DNA from: Candidatus Nanosyncoccus sp.
Lineage (GTDB): Bacteria; Patescibacteriota; Saccharimonadia; Saccharimonadales; Saccharimonadaceae
NCBI GenBank assembly: GCA_045629825.1
Contig: JAZQRY010000057.1
Location: 1-49,286, forward strand
DNA: 49,286 nucleotides
Reading direction: 5' to 3'
A model generated the notes under the pieces. That model was not told the origin of the DNA. It worked only from the letters and a program-made list of their open reading frames with translations, and did no database searches. The position numbers and the translations under genes were made by a program. Each line of letters opens with the position of its first letter. Position 1 is the first letter of the stretch. Positions 38,734-47,647 of the stretch are shown one piece after another.

Positions 38734-40314
38734 TTATACCATAACTTTTGGCAAAGGGGTATTTCTAAAGTGTGTCAAAGTAAATTTCGAAGTGGCACCC
38801 AGTTTGATATCAGGATTCATGATGTTGTTTTGGTCGAAAATCTTCTTGATTTCAGAGTATAATTTCCGCTCTGTTTCAAGCATATCCACATTGGATACTA
38901 CAGCCTTGAGTCGCCCTTCCGGCGTACCACCTGTGAGCTCTCCGCTCTGACGTTCGATAATATATGCCCCTGCCTTCAGGAAGGCAGTTGCCTTCTTGTT
39001 GAAATCTTCATCTTCTAAATTAAATTTCGGTCGCAAACTATAGTTCGACGCACTATACGATCCGAAGATTTCAAGGTCTAGCTCCAGCTTCTGGCTCAAG
39101 ACCTCGATGTCTTTCAAGAAAGTCGCCACGTTCCAATCTGGGAGATAAAAATCTGTTAAAATTGGTACTCTCTCACCACCCCGAATATTGCTAAGATAAT
39201 TCACTAATGAATTTTCAAATTCGTCCAAATTCGTCTTATTTTTGTCCGTCTCTACTATGTATTTCACATTTCGTGGCAGAATATTGCGGATATTGGCTAC
39301 CTTCTTTATATTGCCATTGATGCGTTCGTCAAAACTCACCAGTACCACATATCCATCGTCTACTTTCCTAATAATACCGTCTAAATTCTTCCCCGCCTCT
39401 CGCGCTTCCGCGACAATCTTTATATCATATAGATTTAGCTTCCGCGGATTTTGCGGCTTCACCATCTCCATGAACTTCACTGCCGTACCGATATCCTTGA
39501 AAGTGGCCACTATACGCATAGCCTTTTTCTTAATTGGAACAGCTCTTAGGATTACTTCGGAAATAATTCCGAGCGTCCCTTGCGCCCCAAAGAAAATCGG
39601 CATTAAGTCTAGCGTCTCACGCTTCTTGGCTTCTCTAATCATGGAATATCCAGCCTTGGCATGATCATTCAATTCTTCGATTAGCGAATCATTATCCTTG
39701 ATAACCTTAGAAATTTTACGATATATTTCGCCCTCTATCGATTTCTCAACCGCTTTCTTCGCTACGGCGTATTTTTTCAAACGGTTGGTTTGTAGGCAAT
39801 CACCATTCGCTAGTACAACTTCAATCCGCTCTACGTAATGATAAATCCCGCCATATTTTCCCGAACATTCATCGGCTGGGCAATTTGAAATTAGCCCACC
39901 AATCGTCTCATCGTCGTGCCCTTCGATCGGAATCGTTAGCCCGCTGACCGACAGAGCAGTATTTAGCTCTTTAAGAGTAATTCCTGACTGCACTCTCACC
40001 AATCTATCGCGTGGGTCTATTTCTAGCATCCGATTAATTTTTTCAGTAGAAATCACTACCCCATTAGTCAAATCAGCTCCCCCTTCATCCAGCCCCGAGC
40101 CACGCGTCGTCACGGCTATCGGTACATCCTTGAGCGTTAATTGACTAAAAAACCTCATCAATCTTTGGATGTCGTCGGTAGACTCCGGAAAAGAAACCAG
40201 CTTGGGTTTAATTTTTAATGCAGATCGGTCTGTAGAATATTCTTCCAGAATTTCGGGGGCATCAAAAGAATTACCTACGGTCAACTGATTTAAATACTTT
40301 GCAATTTTCCCCAT
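38734..40314 (-). CDS. FAD-binding oxidoreductase (VAO/D-lactate dehydrogenase-like fold)
   Basis: RGSGLDEGG, TIGG, FGAQGTLGIISE, KKIFD.NNIMNP. Confidence 0.85.
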   Translation of the reverse strand: MGKIAKYLNQLTVGNSFDAPEILEEYSTDRSALKIKPKLVSFPESTDDIQRLMRFFSQLTLKDVPIAVTTRGSGLDEGGADLTNGVVISTEKINRMLEIDPRDRLVRVQSGITLKELNTALSVSGLTIPIEGHDDETIGGLISNCPADECSGKYGGIYHYVERIEVVLANGDCLQTNRLKKYAVAKKAVEKSIEGEIYRKISKVIKDNDSLIEELNDHAKAGYSMIREAKKRETLDLMPIFFGAQGTLGIISEVILRAVPIKKKAMRIVATFKDIGTAVKFMEMVKPQNPRKLNLYDIKIVAEAREAGKNLDGIIRKVDDGYVVLVSFDERINGNIKKVANIRNILPRNVKYIVETDKNKTNLDEFENSLVNYLSNIRGGERVPILTDFYLPDWNVATFLKDIEVLSQKLELDLEIFGSYSASNYSLRPKFNLEDEDFNKKATAFLKAGAYIIERQSGELTGGTPEGRLKAVVSNVDMLETERKLYSEIKKIFDQNNIMNPDIKLGATSKFTLTHFRNTPLPKVMV

Positions 40315-40409
40315 CCTGCTAATGATTATATCGAAAAAATGATTTTTCGCAATTCTAGAATTTTACGCCGTTTTATTGTATAATATATGTAAGATAAATT
40401 GGAGTAAAG

Positions 40410-42473
40410 ATGGTTAATAACGAGAAATTTAATCAAATTCTTGCAGATTATAAAAGAGATTTTCCTGTTCGCTTTCAAGACGAAGTATTTAAATGGCAGG
40501 CGGTGAAGCATTTTCAGGATCATTGGGATATCGATGCGCCTGATTTTGCAGCGATGTATAAAGAGTCCATCAAGAAATGCGGCAGTTTGCTTGGGGCATT
40601 TAACTTTTTCCCTGGTGGAGTCATGCTAGCCTTCGCTAAGGCTGAGCCTGAAGTTACGCGCGAGATGTTTCGGCGACTCTTTGACGAATCGGTAGACCTA
40701 GTCCAGCGCGTTAAAGAATACATCGCCACGGCAGACGAGCTACTCGACCGGCACCGTTCCGAGAAATGGAACAATCATTATCAAAAAGCTAATTCGGTAA
40801 GTACTTTTCTCTGGCTACGCTATCCAGATAATTATTATATATATAAATACGGTGAAATCAAAGCCGTAGCGGAGACTCTAGGCAGCGAATTTACGCCAAA
40901 ACGCGGTGGCGATGTAGATAGCCTTCCTGGTTCCTTCGCTTTATACGACGAAATGGCAGTACGTCTCCAAGATGATTCGGAATTACAAACTATGTTCCAT
41001 GATGCACTGCCCGAAGACGCCTATCCGGACCCCAAGTCCCACACTCTAGCTATCGATTTCGGCTTCTATATCTCGCGCCAAGTTATGGGGCGCACATCTC
41101 ATACAGCGTCGGATTCGCCCGAATCTACTGAAGCCCCAGAAAAAAGCGCCGTTTTTGAATTGCCTGACGGTGTTAATGCTTGGTGGTTAATAGCTAATCC
41201 TAAGTACTGGTCGCCCAGCAGCATGCCGATTGGTGGCAAAATCGAATATACCGTCAAGAATTCCAAAGGGAATGCTCGTAAGATTGCACGTAATTTTCAA
41301 GATGCGAAAGCTGGCGATTTCGTCTTCTGTTATGAATCCACTCCGACCAAACAGCTCGTCGCGTTTGCTGATGTTTCCAGACCTTCCGATGGAGAGACTA
41401 TCGAGTTTGCTATTACGCAGAAACTCCCCATCCCACTAGATTTCGATGTTTTTAAAGATTTGCCAGAACTGCAAGACGCTGAATTTATTAGGCTCCCGCA
41501 AAGCTCCCTACTTAAGGTTACGCCATCAGAATATAGTATTATTCTAGATCTTATCGAAGATGATGAAAACGAAGTGATTAATCAATCCGATATTCTCCCA
41601 TATGGCAAACAAGATTTCGAGCGCGAAGTCTACATGGAAGGTATCTATGACGAGCTCAAGGACATGCTCGAATACAAAAAGAACATCATCTTGCAAGGAG
41701 CCCCTGGCACCGGCAAGACTTTCGCCGCTAAGCGTCTAGCTTACGCTATCATGGGCGAAACTGATAAAAATCGCATCGAGATGATCCAATTCCACCAGAA
41801 TTATTCTTACGAAGATTTCGTCATGGGCTTCCGCCCTACCGCTGATGGCGGCTTCGAATTAAGGGAAGGCATCTTTTATCAATTCTGTCAAAAAGCTGCG
41901 ACTCATCCTAATCAAGATTACTTCTTCATTATCGACGAAATCAACCGCGGTAATTTAAGCAAAGTCCTAGGCGAGCTCTTTATGGCTATCGAAGACACTC
42001 ACCGTGGCGAGCCTGTCACTTTGAGCTACAGTGGGAAGAAATTCGCCGTACCAGAAAACCTATATATCATTGGTATGATGAATACTGCTGACCGTAGCAT
42101 CGCTATGATCGACTACGCACTGCGCCGCCGCTTCTGTTTTAAAGATATGGAGCCAGCTTTCGATTCTAAAGGCTTCAAAGCTCAAATCGCCAGTGTCGGC
42201 AACGCCGACCTAGATAATCTAGTCGAAGCCGTCAAGTCTCTGAATGAAGTCATTGCTAAAGATCCTTCTCTTGGCCCCGGCTTCCGTATCGGTCATAGCT
42301 ACTTCTCGGAATTAACCAAAGAGACTGCTACTCCAGCCCGACTCTACAGTATTGTAAAATACGAAATCATCCCCATTCTCCAAGAATATTGGCAGTTTGA
42401 CGAGCCCGACACCTTCAAGGCCGAATCTGACAAATTATTAAAGGCAATTGGCAGAAACATATCCAATGATTGA
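40410..42473 (+). CDS. mcrB: McrB-family AAA+ GTPase with EVE-like domain
   Basis: GAPGTGKT, QFHQNYSYEDF, IIDEINRG, MNTADRS, LRRRF; central WWLIANP..W...RNF..AKAGD.VFCY EVE-like segment. Confidence 0.9.
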   Translation: MVNNEKFNQILADYKRDFPVRFQDEVFKWQAVKHFQDHWDIDAPDFAAMYKESIKKCGSLLGAFNFFPGGVMLAFAKAEPEVTREMFRRLFDESVDLVQRVKEYIATADELLDRHRSEKWNNHYQKANSVSTFLWLRYPDNYYIYKYGEIKAVAETLGSEFTPKRGGDVDSLPGSFALYDEMAVRLQDDSELQTMFHDALPEDAYPDPKSHTLAIDFGFYISRQVMGRTSHTASDSPESTEAPEKSAVFELPDGVNAWWLIANPKYWSPSSMPIGGKIEYTVKNSKGNARKIARNFQDAKAGDFVFCYESTPTKQLVAFADVSRPSDGETIEFAITQKLPIPLDFDVFKDLPELQDAEFIRLPQSSLLKVTPSEYSIILDLIEDDENEVINQSDILPYGKQDFEREVYMEGIYDELKDMLEYKKNIILQGAPGTGKTFAAKRLAYAIMGETDKNRIEMIQFHQNYSYEDFVMGFRPTADGGFELREGIFYQFCQKAATHPNQDYFFIIDEINRGNLSKVLGELFMAIEDTHRGEPVTLSYSGKKFAVPENLYIIGMMNTADRSIAMIDYALRRRFCFKDMEPAFDSKGFKAQIASVGNADLDNLVEAVKSLNEVIAKDPSLGPGFRIGHSYFSELTKETATPARLYSIVKYEIIPILQEYWQFDEPDTFKAESDKLLKAIGRNISND

Positions 42474-43521
42474 CAAAGACACTATCGTCATCCGTAATGT
42501 CTACTACATGCTAGCTTACGCCTATCAGACGCTGAGTCAATCCAATTTCAAAAAGCTAGCATCAGAAGATTTTGATAATACCGAAGATTTGTTTGCGGCG
42601 ATTCTGACTACCGGCGTCTCTCAGATTTTGAAACAGGGCCTTCGCAAGAAATACGTCTCGCATTCGAGCGACTTAAATGTATTGCGCGGTAAATTGCTAC
42701 TTGGTGGCACTATCAAGCATCGCCTGCGTCGCAACAACCAAATCATCAGCTGCGAATATGATGAACTATCCGAGAATAATATATATAATATCGCCATCAA
42801 GTCTACCATGCAGCTGCTACTAAAAAATGCCAAGCTCCGCAAGGACAATCGTACCAATTTACGCGTATTGCTTCGTAATCTCGATGCGATAGACTCGGTA
42901 GATTTGCGTACGATCCCTTGGTCTACTCTGGATCGCCGTTCCAAGAGCCCACTCTACGATATGCTGATTAATATCTGCTACTTCGTCTATTCTAACTTGC
43001 TAATCTCCCAGACCGCCGGCAAGCTCAAAGTACTTGAATTTACCGATGATGCTATGAATAAAGTCTTCGAGAAATTCGTCTTGAAATACTATCGCCTGCA
43101 TGGCCTAAAGGCGCGCGCTCGCGAGATTAATTGGGTAATTGACCCCGACCACGATAACAACATTAATGGTTTATCCCTAATGAAGACCGACATTACCCTT
43201 ACCCACGGCGACCGCACTTTGATTATTGATACCAAGTATTATGGCAAAATCACGACTACAAATTTCGACCGTGAGAAAGTCCGCGTCGGCCATCTCTACC
43301 AGATCTTTGCTTATGTCAAAAACCTAGATTTCGCAAACACCGGCAAAGTATCCGGCCTACTACTTTATGCCAAGACTTCCGACGAGGATATCTCGCCCCT
43401 TGATTTCTACAGCGGTGGCAATCGATTCGCCGTCCGCACCCTCGATCTCGACCAAGATTTTTCTGGAATCTCGGCAGCTCTTGACCAGATTGCTGAAGAA
43501 TATCTTTTACAAGAAGCTTAA
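42466..43521 (+). CDS. mcrC: McrC-family restriction nuclease subunit
   Basis: RNVYYMLAYA, LRGK, FEKFV, TDI...IIDTKYY, LYQIFAY; overlaps the mcrB stop. Confidence 0.9.
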   Translation: MIDKDTIVIRNVYYMLAYAYQTLSQSNFKKLASEDFDNTEDLFAAILTTGVSQILKQGLRKKYVSHSSDLNVLRGKLLLGGTIKHRLRRNNQIISCEYDELSENNIYNIAIKSTMQLLLKNAKLRKDNRTNLRVLLRNLDAIDSVDLRTIPWSTLDRRSKSPLYDMLINICYFVYSNLLISQTAGKLKVLEFTDDAMNKVFEKFVLKYYRLHGLKARAREINWVIDPDHDNNINGLSLMKTDITLTHGDRTLIIDTKYYGKITTTNFDREKVRVGHLYQIFAYVKNLDFANTGKVSGLLLYAKTSDEDISPLDFYSGGNRFAVRTLDLDQDFSGISAALDQIAEEYLLQEA

Positions 43522-43558
43522 ATCTTCAGCTAGATACCGAAGTGACCATTGGTTATCA

Positions 43559-43587
43559 TTGACAAATTATAATCATTATGGTAAAAT
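43559..43587 (+). promoter_or_regulatory. Sigma70 promoter for the peptidase gene
   Basis: TTGACA-17 nt-TAAAAT. Confidence 0.65.
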
Positions 43588-43647
43588 TAAGGTAAGCTGT
43601 TTGCTTTTTGTACATTGAAAAAACGATTCTAGAGAGGTGATATCGGA

Positions 43648-44460
43648 GTGAAGACGATAGCGTTAAAGAAGTTTGGAATGTTCGTCCTTTTGCTCGCAGT
43701 TGCAATGCTGCTCTGCACTTGTGGAACAGCGCAAAGCGAGGTTGGACCTTATGCTACTTCTGGCACGTCGGTCCAGATTGACACGGCAACGCTACCGCGT
43801 TACCCCTTGCCAGACGACAGCTACGCTGTGGCCATGAATGATATGCGCGATTACCGCATCATCGTCAACGAGCAGCATCCGTATGAGTTTGGCGGGGTCT
43901 ACGACCAACTACTACAAGATGATTTGATCTACGTAGCAGACTGCTATGGCGAGCCAACTCCAGTAGAGAAGGCGGCTTACCTGGCATTTACCCAGCTTCA
44001 AGCTGACTTGCATGAGCGAGGCATCGAGATCGCTCTCTACAGTGCTTACCGCACCGAAGCCGACCAGCAATGGGTGGTCGACTACTACGGTAATCGCAAA
44101 GATTGGAGCGAGACCAATAAGGTCATGCAGCCCGGATATTCCGAGCATCACACTGGCCTGGTAATCGAGTATGTGGTCTGGTACAATGGTGGCGACGAGA
44201 AGGCTGATTGGGAGTGGACTACTGTGACGGCCGATCGCGCCAAGGATCCGTACTACGCTCCTATCGCCGCAGCCTTGGCTGACCACGGATTCATTATGCG
44301 CTATCCCGACGGAAAAGAGTCCGTCACTGGTGTACCGTACGAGCCCTACGAGCTGAGATTTGTCGGCTCGAGCAACATCGCTCGCTACATCGCGGAAACT
44401 GGTGTCTGCCTGGAAGAGATAACCCAGGAAGAGATAGACGCCTGGGCGCAGCGCCCGTAG
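43648..44460 (+). CDS. M15B (VanY-like) D-Ala-D-Ala carboxypeptidase family protein, secreted
   Basis: SAYRT...Q, PGYSEHHTGL, GFIMRYP.GKE..TG..YEP; signal peptide; visibly GC-richer than its neighbours. Confidence 0.85.
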   Translation: MKTIALKKFGMFVLLLAVAMLLCTCGTAQSEVGPYATSGTSVQIDTATLPRYPLPDDSYAVAMNDMRDYRIIVNEQHPYEFGGVYDQLLQDDLIYVADCYGEPTPVEKAAYLAFTQLQADLHERGIEIALYSAYRTEADQQWVVDYYGNRKDWSETNKVMQPGYSEHHTGLVIEYVVWYNGGDEKADWEWTTVTADRAKDPYYAPIAAALADHGFIMRYPDGKESVTGVPYEPYELRFVGSSNIARYIAETGVCLEEITQEEIDAWAQRP

Positions 44461-44499
44461 TCACCAAAGGATTTAGCGGCAAACAGCTTTAGCGAGGGT

Positions 44500-45045
44500 T
44501 TACGAACCCTCGCTTTTCTTTTTGCGTTTACCAAACAATTTGCCAAGATGTATGCCGTAACTGGCTTTTTCACTAATATCAATCGCATCGCCCACTCCCG
44601 GCACTTTGCGTACCTCGTCATAGGCTTTCTGATGTATTGCTGCCCGAGTCGGCACTACCTTGTCAATAGCTTGATCTACTGCACTCTTGGCGATACCTAC
44701 CGCTGCACCACCAGCTACCATTTTGCCGACTTGACCCTTCGCAGCTTTTGCTGACGCCTTAGCATCTGCTGTCGCCACCTTGGTAGCCTCGGCAGCCGTC
44801 TTTGACGCTGCCGGATCGGCAGGTTTGCCAGTTGTAATTTCTACAAAAAGATCCATGTATTTTTGATTGAGTGGACTTGAAGCAAATTTCTGCTCAAACT
44901 CCCCTACATCACCACAGCTCTTCCCTAGTTTTTCAATTTCCGCAAATAATGCATCTATTTTTTTCTGTGCCCCTACATCGATTTTTGAGCTCGCACCAAA
45001 CGCGTTCTTCCGCGCGTCGATACTTTGTTTTATATAGTCATCCAT
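44500..45045 (-). CDS. Hypothetical protein
   Basis: Start MDDYIK at 45045, 6 nt after TATAAT; Ala/Lys-rich. Confidence 0.7.
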   Translation of the reverse strand: MDDYIKQSIDARKNAFGASSKIDVGAQKKIDALFAEIEKLGKSCGDVGEFEQKFASSPLNQKYMDLFVEITTGKPADPAASKTAAEATKVATADAKASAKAAKGQVGKMVAGGAAVGIAKSAVDQAIDKVVPTRAAIHQKAYDEVRKVPGVGDAIDISEKASYGIHLGKLFGKRKKKSEGS

Positions 45046-45186
45046 ATCATAATTATAGCTTATTTTGAGAATAACGCCACTATCGTAATTATAAAAAAGA
45101 GCGTCCATAACCAAAATAATATAATTATGAAAATATTATGAATAAAAAGTGTTTACAAAATGAATTTCGTGTGATATCATGAAAGT

Positions 45187-46005
45187 ATGAATAAAAGCAT
45201 TATTTCACCAGAAGACCTCGCAAAACGTACCAAAGACAGCGCGCGGACCGTTTCCCTGCGCATTAAAGAGAAAACCTGGCTTGGCTTTGAACAGCTAGCG
45301 AAGGATAATAATACTACAGCTAACGCACTAATTGGCGAGCTAGCGGATTATTATATAGAAAGCCTAGATGGCGGTCTCGACCTTTCTGATAAGGCCGTAG
45401 CGATCAATAAATTCAAAACCTTTCTCGAAAGAGAAACTCGCAAAATCTGCCGCTGGACTATTGACGACGCGGTGGTACATATAAATATGAATTACGCACA
45501 TGCCACCGTAGATGGCAATAAATATAATTTATCGTATCTCGGTAATCTTAGAGAAATTTTCAAAGAAATGTGCCTGAATACAGATGGTGAAGAATATGTC
45601 AATTATGAATTCGATTTCGGCACCCATCTCGGTGATAGCATTACGGTCGTCCCGACGCTGAAGGAAAAAGCCACATATGATGCAGGCGCCTATGACCCAG
45701 CGTGGCCAATTGAGAACGCTCTTTATATTCCAATTGAGAAGGCGCCAGATATCATCTCCTTATTTGCTAGCATGAATAAATACTTAGAAAAAAATGCTAT
45801 AGACATAGATTATGATATTGATCTAATGGACGAGTTAGTAGAAATCATCGATAAATATGATTATAGATACATCGAAGATGATTATACGGATGAAGGCCCC
45901 GAAATCCAATATGATGAAACCGCTAGGCGAGATATGCTACACGGCATAAAACAAGCTATCATTGACCACGTTGAAAAGGACCAATATGATAATTACGGAA
46001 AGTGA
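45187..46005 (+). CDS. Hypothetical protein with N-terminal ribbon-helix-helix-like motif
   Basis: RTVSLRIKEKTW...LAKDNNTTANALIGEL; promoter TTTACA-17-TATCAT 6 nt before the ATG. Confidence 0.65.
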   Translation: MNKSIISPEDLAKRTKDSARTVSLRIKEKTWLGFEQLAKDNNTTANALIGELADYYIESLDGGLDLSDKAVAINKFKTFLERETRKICRWTIDDAVVHINMNYAHATVDGNKYNLSYLGNLREIFKEMCLNTDGEEYVNYEFDFGTHLGDSITVVPTLKEKATYDAGAYDPAWPIENALYIPIEKAPDIISLFASMNKYLEKNAIDIDYDIDLMDELVEIIDKYDYRYIEDDYTDEGPEIQYDETARRDMLHGIKQAIIDHVEKDQYDNYGK

Positions 46006-46327
46006 ATTGCCGAGAGACTGGCTTAAATATTATCTTACCTCGACTGGCAAAATATGGGGAGTAAAGAGAGATGAGTTAATGGAAGGTGATGCACAGCGTC
46101 GCCGAGAGATGATGGGCAATTCATTTAATACACCAGAAGAAGCGTCGCTCGCTAAGGTAAAGCTTGAAGCGCTTCATCGCTTGATGCCTTATATGAAAAA
46201 CCAATTACGAATCATTAACGGCGATCCGGCTATCGTCACTCGCTTCTCTATGCCGTATCAGGATTATCGTCTACTACAGGGTGATATTGCGCTCCTGGCT
46301 AATACAAATCAAAAAATAGGTTTCTAA
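45986..46327 (+). CDS. Hypothetical protein, overlapping the upstream gene end
   Basis: AAGGA SD and ATG at 45986; 113 aa. Confidence 0.6.
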   Translation: MIITESELPRDWLKYYLTSTGKIWGVKRDELMEGDAQRRREMMGNSFNTPEEASLAKVKLEALHRLMPYMKNQLRIINGDPAIVTRFSMPYQDYRLLQGDIALLANTNQKIGF

Positions 46328-46356
46328 GTCGCATGTCTCATCTTATGGCGTCGATG

Positions 46357-47025
46357 TCAATCTCCTACGTACTTCCACCCAATCGAACGATAAAACTCCA
46401 TCGCATCTGACCAGCCAAACGCCTTTGAGGCTAGCAGGTTATAGATTTCATCTAGCATCACTATAGCGAAAAGAGAAATGGCAAGAGTCAGAAATACTCT
46501 TTTGCTCAATCGTTTAGCCAGAAAAGCACACATCGGTACCATTACGTACATTAAGAGTAGTGCAGATATGCCGAAAAATAATACACTTCTCAGACATACA
46601 AAACCACCAATATTGCCAAAGTTTAAAATCTCGACATTATAATCCCAATATCTTGCCCCGTCGAATAGGGTGTAAACTAACCATCCGCCCACTAGCTCCA
46701 CTATGCCAGAAACTACCACTGCGACGAGAAACACCGCCCAAGGATATTTGCGGATTTTATAAGTCGCAGCGATTATTAATACTGCCCCAATTGCATATAT
46801 ATTTATCCACGGCAAGAAGTTGCCACCCTGCATGTACCACTCCTGCATTCCACCGTTGAAGAAATAAAAGATAAATTCATAAACCCAACCAAACATCCCC
46901 GACAGTATTACTATTAGCAAAATAATCCCCACCCACTGATATTTTTCTAGTTTAAATTCGGCGGAGAGATATTTACGAAAGAATTCTTTGAAGGATATTT
47001 TTTCCTGCTTATGCTTGGTAGCCAT
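46357..47025 (-). CDS. Putative ABC-transporter type IV permease-like membrane protein (DUF1113/CmpB-like)
   Basis: GWVYE, LPW..IY..G, RYWDY, NIGGFVCL. Confidence 0.8.
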   Translation of the reverse strand: MATKHKQEKISFKEFFRKYLSAEFKLEKYQWVGIILLIVILSGMFGWVYEFIFYFFNGGMQEWYMQGGNFLPWINIYAIGAVLIIAATYKIRKYPWAVFLVAVVVSGIVELVGGWLVYTLFDGARYWDYNVEILNFGNIGGFVCLRSVLFFGISALLLMYVMVPMCAFLAKRLSKRVFLTLAISLFAIVMLDEIYNLLASKAFGWSDAMEFYRSIGWKYVGD

Positions 47026-47086
47026 AGGACAATTATAGCATATCTAGATAGCGCGCTTTATAGTGCATCTCATAACGCATCGACAC

Positions 47087-47137
47087 AAAAAGAAACTCCG
47101 GAGTAGAAGACTAAGCAACTTTCGGGAGTTTCTATTA
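47087..47137 (-). ncRNA. Candidate ~50-nt hairpin small RNA
   Basis: TTGACA (47166-71), 16 nt, TATAAT (47144-49) with TG extension; then stem AGAAACTCC/GGAGTTTCT plus T tract; no ORF. Confidence 0.5.
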
Positions 47138-47157
47138 ACTATTATTATACCACTACT

Positions 47158-47550
47158 CTATTTGATGTCAAGGATGTCGCCTGTTTTTGAAATGAATTTT
47201 ATATGTTTTATTTCTGGGACTTTTTTACTGCACGTTATTATCTCTCGCAAAATCGCATCATTTGGAACCTTCTTCATCCTTCTTGAATCGATTATCACCC
47301 TGTCTGACTGCCACTTTGCATTCTTCAGGTTTTTCAGAATAGTTTTCGTGTGATTCGCAGTAGGAGATTTGAACTCCCATTTCACGCCATTCACATAAGC
47401 ATCAGCCGAATGTTCACGCTCGCGATTACTTTTCCGAATAAACTCAACATCGTATCCATGAAGCGCTAACGTTTTTGCCGTAGTCTCTTCGTGCGGCCAA
47501 GGACTCACATCGCCAGCTTTTATTATCCTGCCTATTTTATTCTTTTGCAT
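47158..47550 (-). CDS. Stand-alone PD-(D/E)XK nuclease, CdiA C-terminal tRNase-like
   Basis: HE..TA..LA..G, SADAYVNGVKWEFKSP, KNAKWQ, VIIDSRR. Confidence 0.7.
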   Translation of the reverse strand: MQKNKIGRIIKAGDVSPWPHEETTAKTLALHGYDVEFIRKSNREREHSADAYVNGVKWEFKSPTANHTKTILKNLKNAKWQSDRVIIDSRRMKKVPNDAILREIITCSKKVPEIKHIKFISKTGDILDIK

Positions 47551-47647
47551 AAAAACACGCTACCACACGAAGACTAAAAACACAACCCCCTGTTTCTGTC
47601 TACGCTTATTGTCTTACTAGCTTATGCTTATCTCGCTTGTAATTTAG

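Noticed and set aside
41085-41150. Hairpin-prone stretch in the McrB linker (TGGGGC/GCCCCA, GGATTCG/CGAATCT)
   Set aside because: Short stems in an ordinary inter-domain linker; too weak to call a palindromic insertion
43648-44460. Vancomycin-resistance locus
   Set aside because: Only an M15B-family gene; no vanHAX or vanRS
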